DNA of 62,898 nucleotides, the filler included, from Bipalium vagum (Eukaryota): the NCBI GenBank assembly GCA_037834085.1. It is 3 parts of 3 records of this genome, joined end to end, with 100 filler letters (N's around TTAATTAATTAA, not from the genome) between each part and the next. Parts side by side here need not be neighbours in the genome. Positions count along the whole stretch, not along the records: positions 38,323 to 62,898 come from JBBMKC010199830.1; 2 more parts are not named here. One strand, written 5' to 3'. The notes beneath the pieces were generated by a model, which had not been told where the DNA came from, did no database searches, and saw only the letters and a program-made list of their open reading frames with translations. Within the stretch, counting starts at the first letter, position 1. Each line of letters opens with the position of its first letter. Positions 48,900-62,800 of the stretch are shown one piece after another. The position numbers and the translations under genes are program-made.

Positions 48900-49210
48900 A
48901 CGGGTGGTCAATAAAGAATGATAAATTGTCTAAATACATTATTTTTAAACTAAAAAAAATTAAATTTGAATTATTAATTGATTTAATTTATGCCAAGGTT
49001 TTTAATATCTTGCAAAATAAACATACGTTATTTTTAGCAATATTTTCTTTTAGATAATGACGTATGAGAGCTGTGTAAGAAATTTGATAAAAACCCATTG
49101 TGAAAATGGGAAAACACCGGAAGAAATTTATGAAGCTGTAGAAAAAACGGTACTAAAGTCCACTATTTATAGATGGACTAAACTAATAAAAGAGGGAAAA
49201 TCAAATATCA
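48900..49210 (+). mobile_element. maT/DD37D-like 5' fragment
   Basis: Terminus cgggtggtcaataaag and ORF MTYESCVRNLIKTHCENGKTPEEIYE...KSTIYRWTK. Family call rests on the N-terminus only. Confidence 0.5.
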
Positions 49211-49890
49211 ATTCATTGATATTTGGGTTGCAATTTTTTCTGGTTGATTCTCATTCTGGAAAGTCACTCTTTTTTCATAACTGTGCTTTCAAACTTAATT
49301 CATTTCTCGTCCGCCGTTTTGAAGCTGAAAAAAAGTTCCTTTTTATGGCGGTTTACGTGTATGCAGTATATATCAAAGACATCAGAGATTTGTACGAATC
49401 ACTAAGGTTATAGGGCATACTTTAACTGGAATCCTCAAAATTCCAAATTGATTTCAAGTACCGTTGAACTGCTGCCATAGGAATATTTGTCCTTTATGAA
49501 ATTTCCTCAATTGTTTGAGAAGCATTTTCTTCAAAAAAATTTCGCAATTCATTCTTATCAAATTGAACTGAATGATCAATTCTCTCGACATTTTGAAGGT
49601 CAAAATTTCGTCTCCAAAATCTGTTAAACTATTGTTGATAGTTGATGTCCTTGCGTTATGACTACAACTACATTGTAATAGTATACAAAGTTAAATGTGG
49701 TCCTCTTCAATTTTACATCTATTATCTGACATTTTTCCATTTTTTATTAAATTTTAAATTCAGCAAAATAATGAATTATAGATTTTATAGGTAACTAAAA
49801 AAACTACATATTAGTATTATTTATATATAAAGTTAGTATATCCTGATAATTTTTCATTTTCTGTTATAAGCGAAATTATTTAGGAGTACC
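49210..49890 (-). mobile_element. Decayed mariner 5' part
   Basis: Minus-strand remnants NFDLQNVER, EENASQTIEEIS and AAVQRYLKSI. Confidence 0.5.
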
Positions 49891-52800
49891 CATGATATGA
49901 GGTTGTAAATATATACTACTCAAATTAAAATATACAGATCTCAACTTCAAGCATTTTATTAATCCACATAAAAACAAATTGATCTAAACGATCGACCAAG
50001 TAGTGCAAGTTTATTTATCCCGATGGAATAGAAATGCGAAGCAATATTAAGAGACGTTAATGACAGTCAAAATGAAAATAACACAGACCAACACTTGATC
50101 TTTTCACCATAAAAAAAACTTAAGAGTTGTCTTGAAAAGTAATAATATTTACCCAAATTATTTAATTACTCCATTCCATAAAAAAAACCAGATTTGTTAA
50201 TAAGAAGATTATTTATATTAGATAAGTATATCTTTATTTATCTTAACACAAATTTAATAATATTAAATTGAAAAAAGTTTTTAATATACTAAACTGACAT
50301 CAGAATAAAAAAAAACAAATTCTTTGAAAGATATTCATGGTCTGCCAAAAAAATCTTATAAAACTCTAATATTTTCCTAATTAAGTGAGATAAACCCCTT
50401 AAAAAGTTTTCCTAATCAAACATGTTTGTTCATACATTTTTAATGTTCAGTAATCTTTTTTATAGTAGTATAGCTTATTAATTAATATTATTAATAAATG
50501 AGTTTTAATATGATGTTGAACTAATTCAACTTCTAGAATTTCTACTTTCTAAAGGCCAATAGAGGCCGTAGAGCCTTTATTTTGATTCTGATACAAAATG
50601 CTTGCAAAGAAATAATCCGTTTATTTCATCTCCATAATATTCTACTTTATCATATTATAAGGCATTTCTTTTGCTATTAACATGAGAAAATATTTTCCAT
50701 CTGATCTGAAGGTAAATCCTTTTGCTCGGTTAAGTAAATTACTGAGGGTGAACAAAGTTTTTAAACTCTATGTATTGTTGGATTTTAATTCCTCATAATA
50801 ATAAAAAATAAAATAAATTATAATAATAAACTCAATAATATTAATGAATATTAATAACAATAATAATGTTTTTAACAAAAAAATATTTTTTATGCAGCTA
50901 ATGCTGCCTAATTTAAAAAGCTTTTGTTTTATTATTATTATTGTTAATATTTTTTGATAATATATTTTATATGGTAGCAGTTAACAATTCTAATTTATAA
51001 TATAATTTATAAAAATGTTTAAAGTTTTATATTATGGTTTTTTTGCTCCTTTATAATTATTTATTATTTCAAATTTGAAAGTTCAACTATTATTTTTTTT
51101 TGTTTTATTTAATCATAATTTAATTTAATAAATATTCAGTTTGTTTTAATCTAAATGAAGATATGTTCTTTTCAAAAGTGTTTTAAATAAAACAATTATT
51201 TATGGCCGTGAATTATTTCTCACAGTTCATTTATCGGAATATTAAACTCTTTGATAAGCGTGAGAGCATTTCTGTTCAAAACAGGTCCAAATTGCCATCA
51301 AATGTGTGGGGCTTTTAATTTTGAAATTGACTGAGTTTTTTCTATGGTATTTATTATCTGTTTTTGTTAAAATTATAACAAAGAATTTTGAAGAATAACA
51401 AAGAGAATATTTTTTCTGACACGGCAAATTATTATTAATACAAAGTCATTTTAATAAACTTTCAAAATCAAATCTCCAAATTTTATTTCCTGGACGCATC
51501 AATCGTCGTTAAAGATCTGCGACAGTCCATTAATCCTAATTCGTTTGATTATTCTGTTTTTATGAAGTTTATAATGTTTTATTTTATTTTGGATAAATTA
51601 TAATATTTTTTGCTTGGATTAATCAGCTTAACTTTCCTCTATAAAATTGCAGTAAACGTGAACACGAAGTTCATAAAAAAAGTATCATAAAAACGTTAAT
51701 AAAATTTGTGAAAAATAAAGAAACTCATTTCATAATGAAAAGGACGCTTTTAAGGTCAGTGTGGCCTTTGGCTTTCGATAAAAAAAAAGAAAAACAATAT
51801 CTCTTTTACTTTGAATAATAATGATTAATATTTGGGATCATTAATTTTTTAAAGATTATATTGAGAAAAAATTAGAAATATTTTAATATTTTAATTGATT
51901 TTCAATGCTAAGAAGTATTTATTAAAATTTCTTGTTAGTTACTGCAACGTTATCAACAGTTTCTGAATTCATAGTCAAGATTTGGTAACATTTTTATTCA
52001 ATGAAAATAATTGTATAGTTTGAATAAGGTCCTCTTTTATTATTTACTTAAACAAATTAATTACCTGAAACCTTTTAAAACATTAATTTAATTATTTAAT
52101 TTTTAAAAGAAACCTTTAAATTTATAAAATTATTTAAAATTTATTTTACATAATGGATTAAATTTTAATATATTACTTTCAAATTTATTTTAAAAATATT
52201 TATAATTTATAATTTATTATTTAATATTAATTAACATTTAATCCTTACATTTTTTATTATTAAGTGATTATTTATTTTTTTTCTTTTTTAATTTATTTTT
52301 AAAGTTAATACTTACAAAATTTTTTCTTAATATAATAGTTTTTTTAATTAACTCTATTCAGTGTATGATTAAATATTTTAAATTCAGTTTTAAATGTTTT
52401 CTGATTAAGAAAATTAATTATTTCTTATTAAGATTCATAAATATTTTCTATACTCTAAAACGTTTATCTGAGTTAGTTAATTTAATTTTAAATTCAATTA
52501 TAACTTTTAAAATGAAATTCACTAAATCTTCTTTTATTATAATTGAGCAATATATTTATTAAATAATATTATAATTAAAAATTATCATTGAAATTTGGAT
52601 ATTTTCATTCAAAAATTAATTTTTAAACATCTCCGGCAAAAATATATCTAAATTACAGAATAAAAATAATTCTTAATTAATTTGAATTAGGAAAATTTTA
52701 ATTAAAATAATAATTTTGAAAATTAATAAACTAGACCCTGGATTAGAATTTGAGATGATTGATTGATTTCTTCAAATATTGAGATTTTAATAATTAAAAA

Positions 52801-53299
52801 TTTATTCTTCACGGAAACTGTGCCTTATAATTATGTGAAAGTGAATAATTAAAAAGTTATATTATTTTGTCTTTTTGTATTTAAAAAAGAGTATGCATTA
52901 CATTAAATTACCGTTACAGACCAATTAACTAAAATGAAAAGTGCATAAAGATCTTAAAATCGTTGTCTACTGTATTTTGGGTGAAAGTGATTTGATATAT
53001 TCAGAAATATATTAACACAAGGATTAATATGTACAGGATTATTGAATCAAACCATGAATTTTATTAAATAAAGTAAACATGTTCACAGAACGAGCTAGCA
53101 AATGTATTTAAATATAAATTTTTATAGAACAAAATTTGTACAACAAAATGAAAGTCTACACAATAAGATTATTCGATGTGATCCCCATTAGTCACCCCAG
53201 CAATCTCTAGTCTTTACCGAAACTTAGTACGTGGTCGTTTTATCTCTTCCTGATTCAATATTATATTACTTTCTTGACAGCATCCTGTAATGAATTTAC

Positions 53300-54340
53300 A
53301 CTGATAAATTTACACTGTGTTGTGCCTTGCTCTATATCCAAATACAATATCATATATTATTATTGTATTCAGTTAAGGATAGAAGGAGATCACAAATAGG
53401 ATGACAAAAGATAGATTAAATTTTCATAAAGACATTTTCCTTGATTTATGAGTTGACCAGAATTCAATTGGAATACATAATTCCTTCCATCCATACCTTG
53501 TCAATCTAGGGTTCATCAATATGTTATCATATATCTATGCTTCGAATGCAATACTTTTCTTGAAATTATGAGTCATGACATCACCTCTGGTCTGTTCCTC
53601 GTATATTTTGTTGAGCTCCAAAATCGGATGCCTAATTTATACAAGCCATGAAAAAACACATGCAGTTAAATATAATATCCATGCTTCTTGATCCTTCATG
53701 AAAGTGATTTTTCAGATGTTCTAACTCTACAGTCAGTATATTTTTTTCATTTTACTTTTCCCGAAATTTACCAGATATTCAGAGAGAGAATTAATATTCT
53801 GAAATCTTTTTCCTTTATCAAATTTCATACTTCTGCACATAAGCTTGTCCAATAAAATCTAAAGGGTAAGGTTTTCAAAATTCAGTAAAAATCCAAATAA
53901 ATAACCAAAAAAATGTTTTGATTTTTCACAACTCACAAATGATTTATGGTTTTTTATTTCAGCGTAACCCTTTAACAGTTAAGGAATACTTATGTATGGT
54001 ACAAGAATATTGTGAATCCAACTTTAATTGATATAGATTTCTAAAGTCATGATAAATTCTACAAGGCGGGTATAACAATCTATAATTTCTGAAATGAGTT
54101 TTGATACAATTCGATTGAACGGAGAAGCTGGATTAAATGATCATCAAAAAGCATAAACATGTTCCATACAGAGTTCTTCCTTTGTGAAAATCTGCAGAAT
54201 CTTTATTTATCTTCATCAAAATCCATTTTCCATTGTTAATTAAAATTAAAAAAATGTATTTCATCAGCTTTGTATTATGCATACAGACGAATTTTGAAGG
54301 GATATAATGCAATATAATATTAAAATCTTCATCTGACATT
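53300..54340 (-). mobile_element. Possible decayed MULE (Mutator-like) transposase
   Basis: Weak frameshifted remnants in MULE order: KTLP-DF (cf. DGTFKT-P), LTACVF (cf. GCFFH) and LELNKIYEE. Confidence 0.3.
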
Positions 54341-57300
54341 ATTTCATTTTGTTTTCTGTAAAACTTTCTTTTATAAAGCCATCGACATTAACAATTAAAA
54401 TAAAATATTTTAATTGAGAAAGCAGTTTTATTAATTACTTTATTTTTCTAAGTTAATATTTTATAAATCTTCTCTAAATTCTATTTTCAGGTCTTCTTAA
54501 ATCAACAATATTTGTGAAATTCTAAACAGAAAGAACTAACTTCACAAAATCAATAATATTCTTTTACTTAGATCGATTTAATTTTATATTTTAATCAGAA
54601 TTTTATTTTCATTTTCCGATATCTTATTACGACTTATAATTATATTTTTCAATTAAAGGTGAATTTAATATGCTTATATAAGACATTTGATATCTTCTTT
54701 ACCAGCGAAGTCCACTGAACAAAAGCTTATTAATTAAAATAATTTATAATTATTATTTTAAAAGAAATCTATTATTTGGTGAAAGCAATTAAATGGAGAT
54801 ATTATTAAATTAAAAATATCCATTTTCTTTAAAACATTTATTTTCCAAACAATTATCTGATAACGTGGAAGATAATGTATCGATTAATAATGTGAATCTA
54901 AAATAGAATCAGCCAGGGAAAGAATTTTTTAGATTTTTTTCGAACCGAAATTTATTTATTATATTTAATAACCGGATAGTTTTTTTCTTTTAAAAACTTT
55001 ATAAAATATTTAAAAATCTATTAATAATATTTTTAGACAATTTTATTAAAATTATTTTTAAATTAATAACTTAAAATATCAGAAAATAATTTTTTATTAA
55101 AGGACATTTATAAACAACATATTTTTTATTTTTATTAAAATTGAAATTTTTTATTATAGAAACAAATATATAGTTTGTTCAGGAATATCATAAATAATTT
55201 CTTTTTAAAATGAATTTGTATAAGAATTGTGAATAAAATGAAATAATGTCATTATGTAACTATTAATATAAAATATTATTAAAGAATAAAAAAGAAAAAG
55301 ATCAAATAAATATTATAATTTTCTTATTTTCATATACATTTTAATCTTGAATTCTTAACTAAGCTGGTCGTTAGGTGTGATCTGAATTTTTTATGATAAA
55401 AATTGATTTTACTAATATGCATTATATAGTCATTTTATTATTATTAATATATAAAAATATATATTTCAATATCAAATATTCTTTCTCAGTATAAAAATGA
55501 AATTAAATCGCAAAAATTTTCGTGTTATAATTTATTGTGATTTCCGACGGGAATTAAGTATCTCAATAAAATTGAATAAATCAGCTTAATTCAACTTTTC
55601 CTGATGAAATCCAGAACAAATTCATCATATATCACATGGTTCAAAGAATTTAATTGTAGTCATGGTTCGATAGGCATGAATTTACAGAAAGACGTCAAAA
55701 ATCAGATGTGCAAACATTGATGCCACCTAACAATCATTAAAGTTTGATAGTCATGTGACTTACCGTGAGATTCAGGCATCATTTGGATTTAATAAGAGTA
55801 GCATATATTGGTTTTAAAAACAATAAAGCAGTTTATATATAATTTGTCGTTTTAAAAATTTTTATCTTTTTGAAATACACAAATGAATGCAAATGTCTTG
55901 ACTAAAGTATGTTTAGTTTTTCATTTATCATATTATTCCGTAAAATTAATTTGAAAACTGTTAACAAATCTTTATCTATTATCTTACAAAGATTCGCAAA
56001 TAGTTATATATATATAATCTTTTAGATACTCTCATTGTTTTGGTAAGCATTATTGGTAATTAAATCAATTGTTAAACCCTATATATGTCCCTTTCATCAC
56101 TGCTTAGTCCTTTTATAATATCAAATAACTGACAATCAAGACTTAGATTTTATGTGAAAGATAGTAATATTAGTTATAATGTGTTGATAATTCTTTTATT
56201 TTTATTTTCTCATTACCATTTCCATCTTCATAAGTAGCTGCAAAAGAATATAGGATCATTTTGGATTAATAAAAGTTATAGAAATTCATAATATCAATTG
56301 GAATTGATAAAATTCGTGTTTGATATTTTTTACCTTAGAAAACTTTTCATTTAAGTATCACATGCAAAGTAACAACATATTAATTATGGAAATATCCCTG
56401 AATAAAAAAATTTCGGATGATTTTTATTCGAATAATGTTTTATCATTTATCATATTTTCTCACACGTTCCTTTTAATCCTATGGAATATTTTCATTTATT
56501 TCGCATCTTTTGGGTTATTTATTCTATTAATTAAAACTATTCAGTAAAATAGTAATAAAGATGATTATAAATTCTGGAAATTAATTTTTCTCTAACTTTT
56601 CTTTTCCATTTATTCCTGTTAGTCAGAATTAATAATATTTATAATTAAAATCTATTTATTCAATATTTAAACTCAAAAATCTTCAAGAAATGTTGTATAA
56701 TCTATTTTAAATATAAATATCTTGAAAGTTATAAATAATTAATAATGACATTTATTACTATTTGAATTGAAATAAATTTCCAAAATTGTAGTTTACCACT
56801 ATCCATATTGTCTAAATATTTTTTACATTATATATTTAAATATATATATCAAATTTGAAATATGTTACGCTAGTTAATTAATAATAATGGGGTTTAATGA
56901 TATATAAGCAATGGAACTATGTATAAAAATTAAGATTAAAACCTCTAACAAAATTAATAAATATTTGAAGTTAGGTAATAAAATCAGTTTAAAATAAAAT
57001 TTAAAACGTACTTATTTTAAATTATTATAAGTCATTAAATCAATAATATTACAATAATATAGATTTAAAAATCTCATAATTATAATTCAATTTGCTAATT
57101 CAAATTAGTACCATTCCTTGTCTTTGGACCTGAATAACTCTCTCTCTCTAAATTTATTTCTTATTATTTTAAAACTATTTTTTAAATATTATCAGAAAAT
57201 CTTTAAATTTGAATCAAGATTTAATGTTATATTTTTTTATTTTTATTATCAATATGATTTTAAATATAAAATATATATAAACCAATTTTGATCACTTTAA

Positions 57301-58240
57301 AAAGATAAAAAATGCAAATTAAGGAAACCATAAATTTTTTCCTATTAACTTACAAGTTCCCTTTATTTTATCTTCAAAATGGTTAGGTTTATTTTTAAAA
57401 AATCTACTCTATGATTTTATTTCGTACAGAAACATAATTATCGGGTATCCAATCTCTTTAAACAAGGTTAAAATTATACTGCAGCAGTTACAAATTAAGA
57501 ATAAATGACAAGTGTTTCTATTGGGAATTTTTATTAAAATTTCTGGAGAATTAATATAAAATTTAGTAAATGAAAAAATGCATTGAACTTACATTTCCAT
57601 TTATATTACTTAATTAATTATAATATTTAAAAGAAATTATTATTTTTTGTAATATCTTTTTGAAATTTTTAAGTATCACTTTTTAAGTATCACTCCGTTA
57701 AAATAATTTTTATTTAAATATAAGTAATTATATTTCATTTTTAGAATTTTTTTGAGAACTAATCTGAAAATTAACACGAGGTATAAATAAAGATTAATCT
57801 GCCAATCTCAACCTCAAGTTTTGGAGAATTTATGACGGTGATAATATTGTTTGAATAATGACTAATATTTTTCGTTATTAAGTTTAATTCAGTTTTCGGT
57901 TTTCTGTCTTCTCATATATATTAATATATACATATATATTATTAATATATTATTACCTTAATATATACGTATGGTAATATATTTCATTGTTATAAAATAT
58001 AAGTAATATATATATATATATAAAGTTTTCATTGTTAATAAGAATGAAAAGGCTGTCAAGTGGAATTTGATTTCCTTGTCAAAACATAAATACATCAATT
58101 AAACGTTGATATTTCTTTCTCGCTCTGAACTTTGATATATTTTAAAATATTTTAAAATAATAAAAAAATGATTCTTTTAGCGAAACCGTGTTGATATTAA
58201 AATCAGTATATATTAATCTAGAGAGCAATTATTTTTTTAT

Positions 58241-58433
58241 TTTTCAAGTAAACGCTTTAAAAAACAATTTTGAAAACACAAAATTTTATTGATAATATTG
58301 ACTTGATACATGTTTAAATCTTTTTCATTCACTGAAGAAGATCGGAATGAAAAGATCGAAACATGTATCAAGTCAATATTATCAATAAAATTTTGTGTAT
58401 TCAAAAATGTTTTTTAAAGCGTTTACTTGAAAA
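58241..58433. repeat. Foldback with ~90-bp inverted arms and a 14-nt spacer (Penelope-type inverted pseudo-LTR)
   Basis: 58241-58330 is the reverse complement of 58345-58433 with about five differences. AATAAA at 58384 follows the ribozyme core. Confidence 0.9.
58332..58368 (+). ncRNA. Minimal Penelope-type (type I) hammerhead ribozyme core
   Basis: CUGAAGA (58332-58338), A, stem II GAUC/GAUC around a 10-nt loop, GAAA (58358-58361), palindromic stem III ACAUGU and GUA cleavage triplet (cut after 58367). Stem I has only 1 bp. Confidence 0.7.
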
Positions 58434-58906
58434 AAAAAATGATATATTAAAATATTTAAAATTCTAAAAAATAAAAACACATTTTAAATTCTTAAGCAAT
58501 TTCAAGATAAAATTCCGCGAGTAAATCTAATCAGAAAATAATAAATAAATTAATAATCATATAACGGTTTGTAGGTGTTTCGTTCTTTTGAAGTATTTTT
58601 AGCAAAAGATAATTATAATCTATAAAAAAGCTTTCTTTTGGGAGATCTCAATTTTCCAATTGATTGCAATAAGTTTTATTTAGATAACATAAAATTATAA
58701 CAGATGGGTAGACAAAATATATTTTTAGAATATTTTAGCATTTTTAACATAAACACTTTTATTCATAAAATAACATGGTTTAATATTTTTATAATAAATT
58801 TTTCCAGTTCAAATTAGTACAACAAAATTATTATTACACTTAGTACAATGATGATATCAAAACATTAATATTAATATTGATTAATAAAATTCGTTCCTAA
58901 TAATGT

Positions 58907-59860
58907 ATGAGGTAAGGCTTAAAAGTACATAGACTTTACCAGAAATAATGAAGTCAACTCAACAAAGTATTCTTTAACAATACGTATACTTTTATAGGTC
59001 TCATTTCTTGATATAATTGTCGTTCTGTAGACCATTAAATTGAATTCTATATCATAGAAACTTTAATCCTTCTCCATGAGGTATTTCGTTATCCTTAATA
59101 TTATCCTTTGAAATAAACTTGTCCTCACATATGTTTCTTCAGATGATCGAAAATCCAAAAATTTCTTAATGCAAGGTCTGTACTGTATGGATTAATTCAT
59201 CTGCATAAACTCAGCCTTTGTTGATATGTCTGATGTTTTCATGGATGTGTAAATAGGAGCGTTATAATGGAGCAAAACAAGCTCCTGACTGCGTGACTTG
59301 CATAGGATATTTTGGATTTCAACTACGAGATCACTGTAGTAATCCGAATTTAAGATTTTTCAGTAAAACCGGGCTTCAAGATGACATCTCTTTCTCAAAA
59401 TACTTTCAACATAGTACACACACATAGTACACACATGGCTTCTCATTTTCGAAAACCTACTCTCTTTACTCTCTTTTAGGATGAGGAAGGTAGAGACTCA
59501 ATAGCGTCTAGTCTGTAATTATTATATTCAATTAACAATTTGGTTCGACTTCATTTTTGTCACAGGCCATTTTTACTCTAGTCATCATCTCAGTTGTTAA
59601 AAATCTTGATACAATCATGTTACAAACCTTTCGTATTCCAATTTTCTTTAATTTATCACAATCTTTTATATTTTTTTATAATTTCTTCACTAATTTCAAC
59701 AGCTCTTCCACTTTTGGTTGCTTCGAAAACCCTTGGTCGACCAGATAAAAATTCTTTGATCAAGTCATACATGGTCGTCTGAGATGGAGCTTCTTCACCG
59801 TAAAATTCTTAAAGCTGATTAATAATTTCCTTCTTGCAACATCCATGGAGAAATAAAAAA
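58907..59860 (-). mobile_element. Decayed mariner (DD34D type)
   Basis: Minus strand GEEAPSQTTMYDLIKEF, IGIRKVCNMIVSRFLT, LNSDYYSDL, LLHYNAPIY and PYSTDLA. Terminus ta|tgaggtaaggcttaaaagt. Confidence 0.75.
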
Positions 59861-62800
59861 CAGATCACACTGCAAAATTCTACATTTTTAATATTTTTTG
59901 AATTAATCTAATCTAGTGCAAGCAAAAATTAGAATATTTAAACTAATCGTATATTTTATATTTATATATGAGTATTATTTTACGTGCAAAAGGTTTATTT
60001 AGGTATCTTCAATATTTCTGGTAGATGCTTTCTGTTTTGTTTTACTACATATGTTTTAACAAGATTAGATTAGTAGACATTTAAACAAAAAATTCTAGTT
60101 AAGTTTAGAAAAAAAATATTGTTTATATTCTTAAATTTTTAAGGAGTTCATATGATTTAATTAGCAAAATATAACAGTTTACTTCCTATTTTATGGCCAA
60201 ACATAAGTTTCTACAAGACTTTTAATTAATATTATTAATGAAAGGTATATTTTATTGATGAGCTAAATAATTTTTTAAAATTATTATTATCTGTATTATA
60301 TATATTATTTTAAAATTTATTTTTATATTTCATACTTATATTTACTATTGATTCTTGTGCCATTCTATTATTTATTTTTAATTATTCATAGAAAAATGTA
60401 AATTAAACATTTGCCTTTGGTATTTACAATTTTCAATGAATTTAGAATATTTAGAATCTCTTATAATATTTAGTTTCGTGAAAGTCCTATCAAAGTAGTT
60501 TTTTTTCAAAAATGTAATACTCTAACTAAGAAATCCTGCTCGAGTGTGGTGGTATGGTCAGTAAAAGCACAGGCAATAATATGTCAATAATCCAATAATC
60601 ATTTCAGAAACATTCTAAATTTTATAGGAAAAGAAATCGTTCTCTTAAAAATTAAGAAAAAATAAAGGATCAATGATCCTTTGAATAATACCTTTTAAAA
60701 AAGATTTATGAAAAGAAAAGTTAATTATAAATCAATCTTCAATAAATGAAATTTAGTAATAATTATTTATAATTGTGAGAAATAATGACGTAACAAAATT
60801 AATTATGTTATAAATTTTAATAATAATAATTATGCAACATTTTTAAATAAATATAATTAATTTAAAAATAATTATTTACATATTATGATTTATTTGTTTT
60901 AATAATATATTTTAAAATGTGTATTATAAATTATCAGTTAATTTTTGTTCTTTATTCATTATTGTTTATTTAATTAATAATTAATAATTTAATTATTTAA
61001 AAAATGATTAATGTATGGTATGTAAACCTGTTCCGTCTATAACTTTCGATTAAAATTATTATAATGTTTTCTATACCATAATTCAAAGATTTACAAAAAT
61101 AACATTTGATGGTTATTTTAATATGCTTAAAAATATAATCATTGATTTTAATTTCGCAAATAATTTACAAATAATAGATAAGAAAATGTTTTATTTACAG
61201 AGATTGATTGGATTTTTTAAAATTTAAACGATAGAAAAAATTTATAAATAAGTTAAACTTTTTTCTTATAAAAAAAATTAAATGATAAATAATTGATAAG
61301 ATTTCCTGGGAGAAATATAATATAATTTTAATAAAACTTTTTATTAATAAAATTAAATTTTAGACTAACATTAAAAATTAGTTTAAAAAAATATATTGAA
61401 AATTAACAAGTAGAATATTATATTTGTTAATATTTTATACTAACCAAGTTGTACTAATTAGACTTATTCACTTTTAGCACGGCTAAGTTCAGTAATAACC
61501 CTATGGGTAAATAAGTCACGCAATAAGACAATGCGATCTATTACTCCCCAATAAATAATATTGTCTTATTGTATGATACGTCAAAAGTACACTCACAAAT
61601 GTCACGAACTCAATCATAACATAGTCAACATCTACAAAATTGTATTCCACTCGTCTATATCCACAATAACATCAATAGATTTCTTCTCGCTCGTAACGCT
61701 TATCTATCGTGAAAATGTCAATATAAATTAGAAAAATTAACAACAATATTATTATCATAACCATTTCAAAATTCAACATATTTATTAATCCAACTTCATA
61801 CAAATATAGAAAGGAAGAAATGTTGTAGTTACCGATGATTTGATAAATTAATTAAATTACACAAATGTTAATTAGTAATAATTGTAACATTTTTAATCAT
61901 AGTATATATTCCAATTTTTAATGAAAACCAACATATTTATAACGATAAATAAATAAATATCTTGAAATTTTGATTTCACAAATTCGTTCCAAATAAATTT
62001 TCATTATTTTTAGCAATTCTTTTTGAAAAACCTCCAGCTAATATTATAATTGATAATGTATAATATTTTGTTAACATTATACATTACACAGTTTTTGCTT
62101 ATTTTAAAGCTGGTTTTTACGATAATTTGTTTTAATTATGTTAATTTTATTTTATTTCTTTACCGTTATAAATTGAATTTATTAACGATAGTTTGAAAAT
62201 GTTAAAATTTCAAAATAAAATTTTCTTTCTTAATAAAGACTTGATCAAAGATAAAGGAAACAAATAGAAATAGAATAAGTTTAATTTATTAATTAAAAAG
62301 TGAAAATTTTATTTTCCAATTTATATCTATTTTGCTATATCAATATTTATGTCAATACACATTTTTAATTATAAATATAAGACTAAAAATTGTGTCATTT
62401 TTTCAGAATCTCGGAATAAATTATTCAGAAGAATTTAATCTTATATTAATTAATAAAATCTCACCATTATTATGGGAAAAAATATTTATGTGACAAAATA
62501 ATATTTACGACTTGAAATAATATTACCAGATGCTAAACATTCGTACCAGATAAATAAGAGAATTATTTATTTATCCATTTATGATAAGGGCTATTTTATT
62601 ATATTTAATTTAACTGACAAATTTTTAAAGAAAATAATTGTGGTTTTATTATGCTCTTGAGAGAAATAATTTCTAATTTAACATGTAGTTTGATCTGAAA
62701 CAATTATCAAGTAATTATTAACCAAAGAGAATAATTTTAATAATAATAATTTATTTATTTAATATCAAAATCGACACTTTCTGTCATTGGTAATATATAT

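Noticed and set aside
50530-50580. Helitron-like 3' end (hairpin plus CTAG, minus strand)
   Set aside because: Short imperfect hairpin, atypical spacing and no 5' end.
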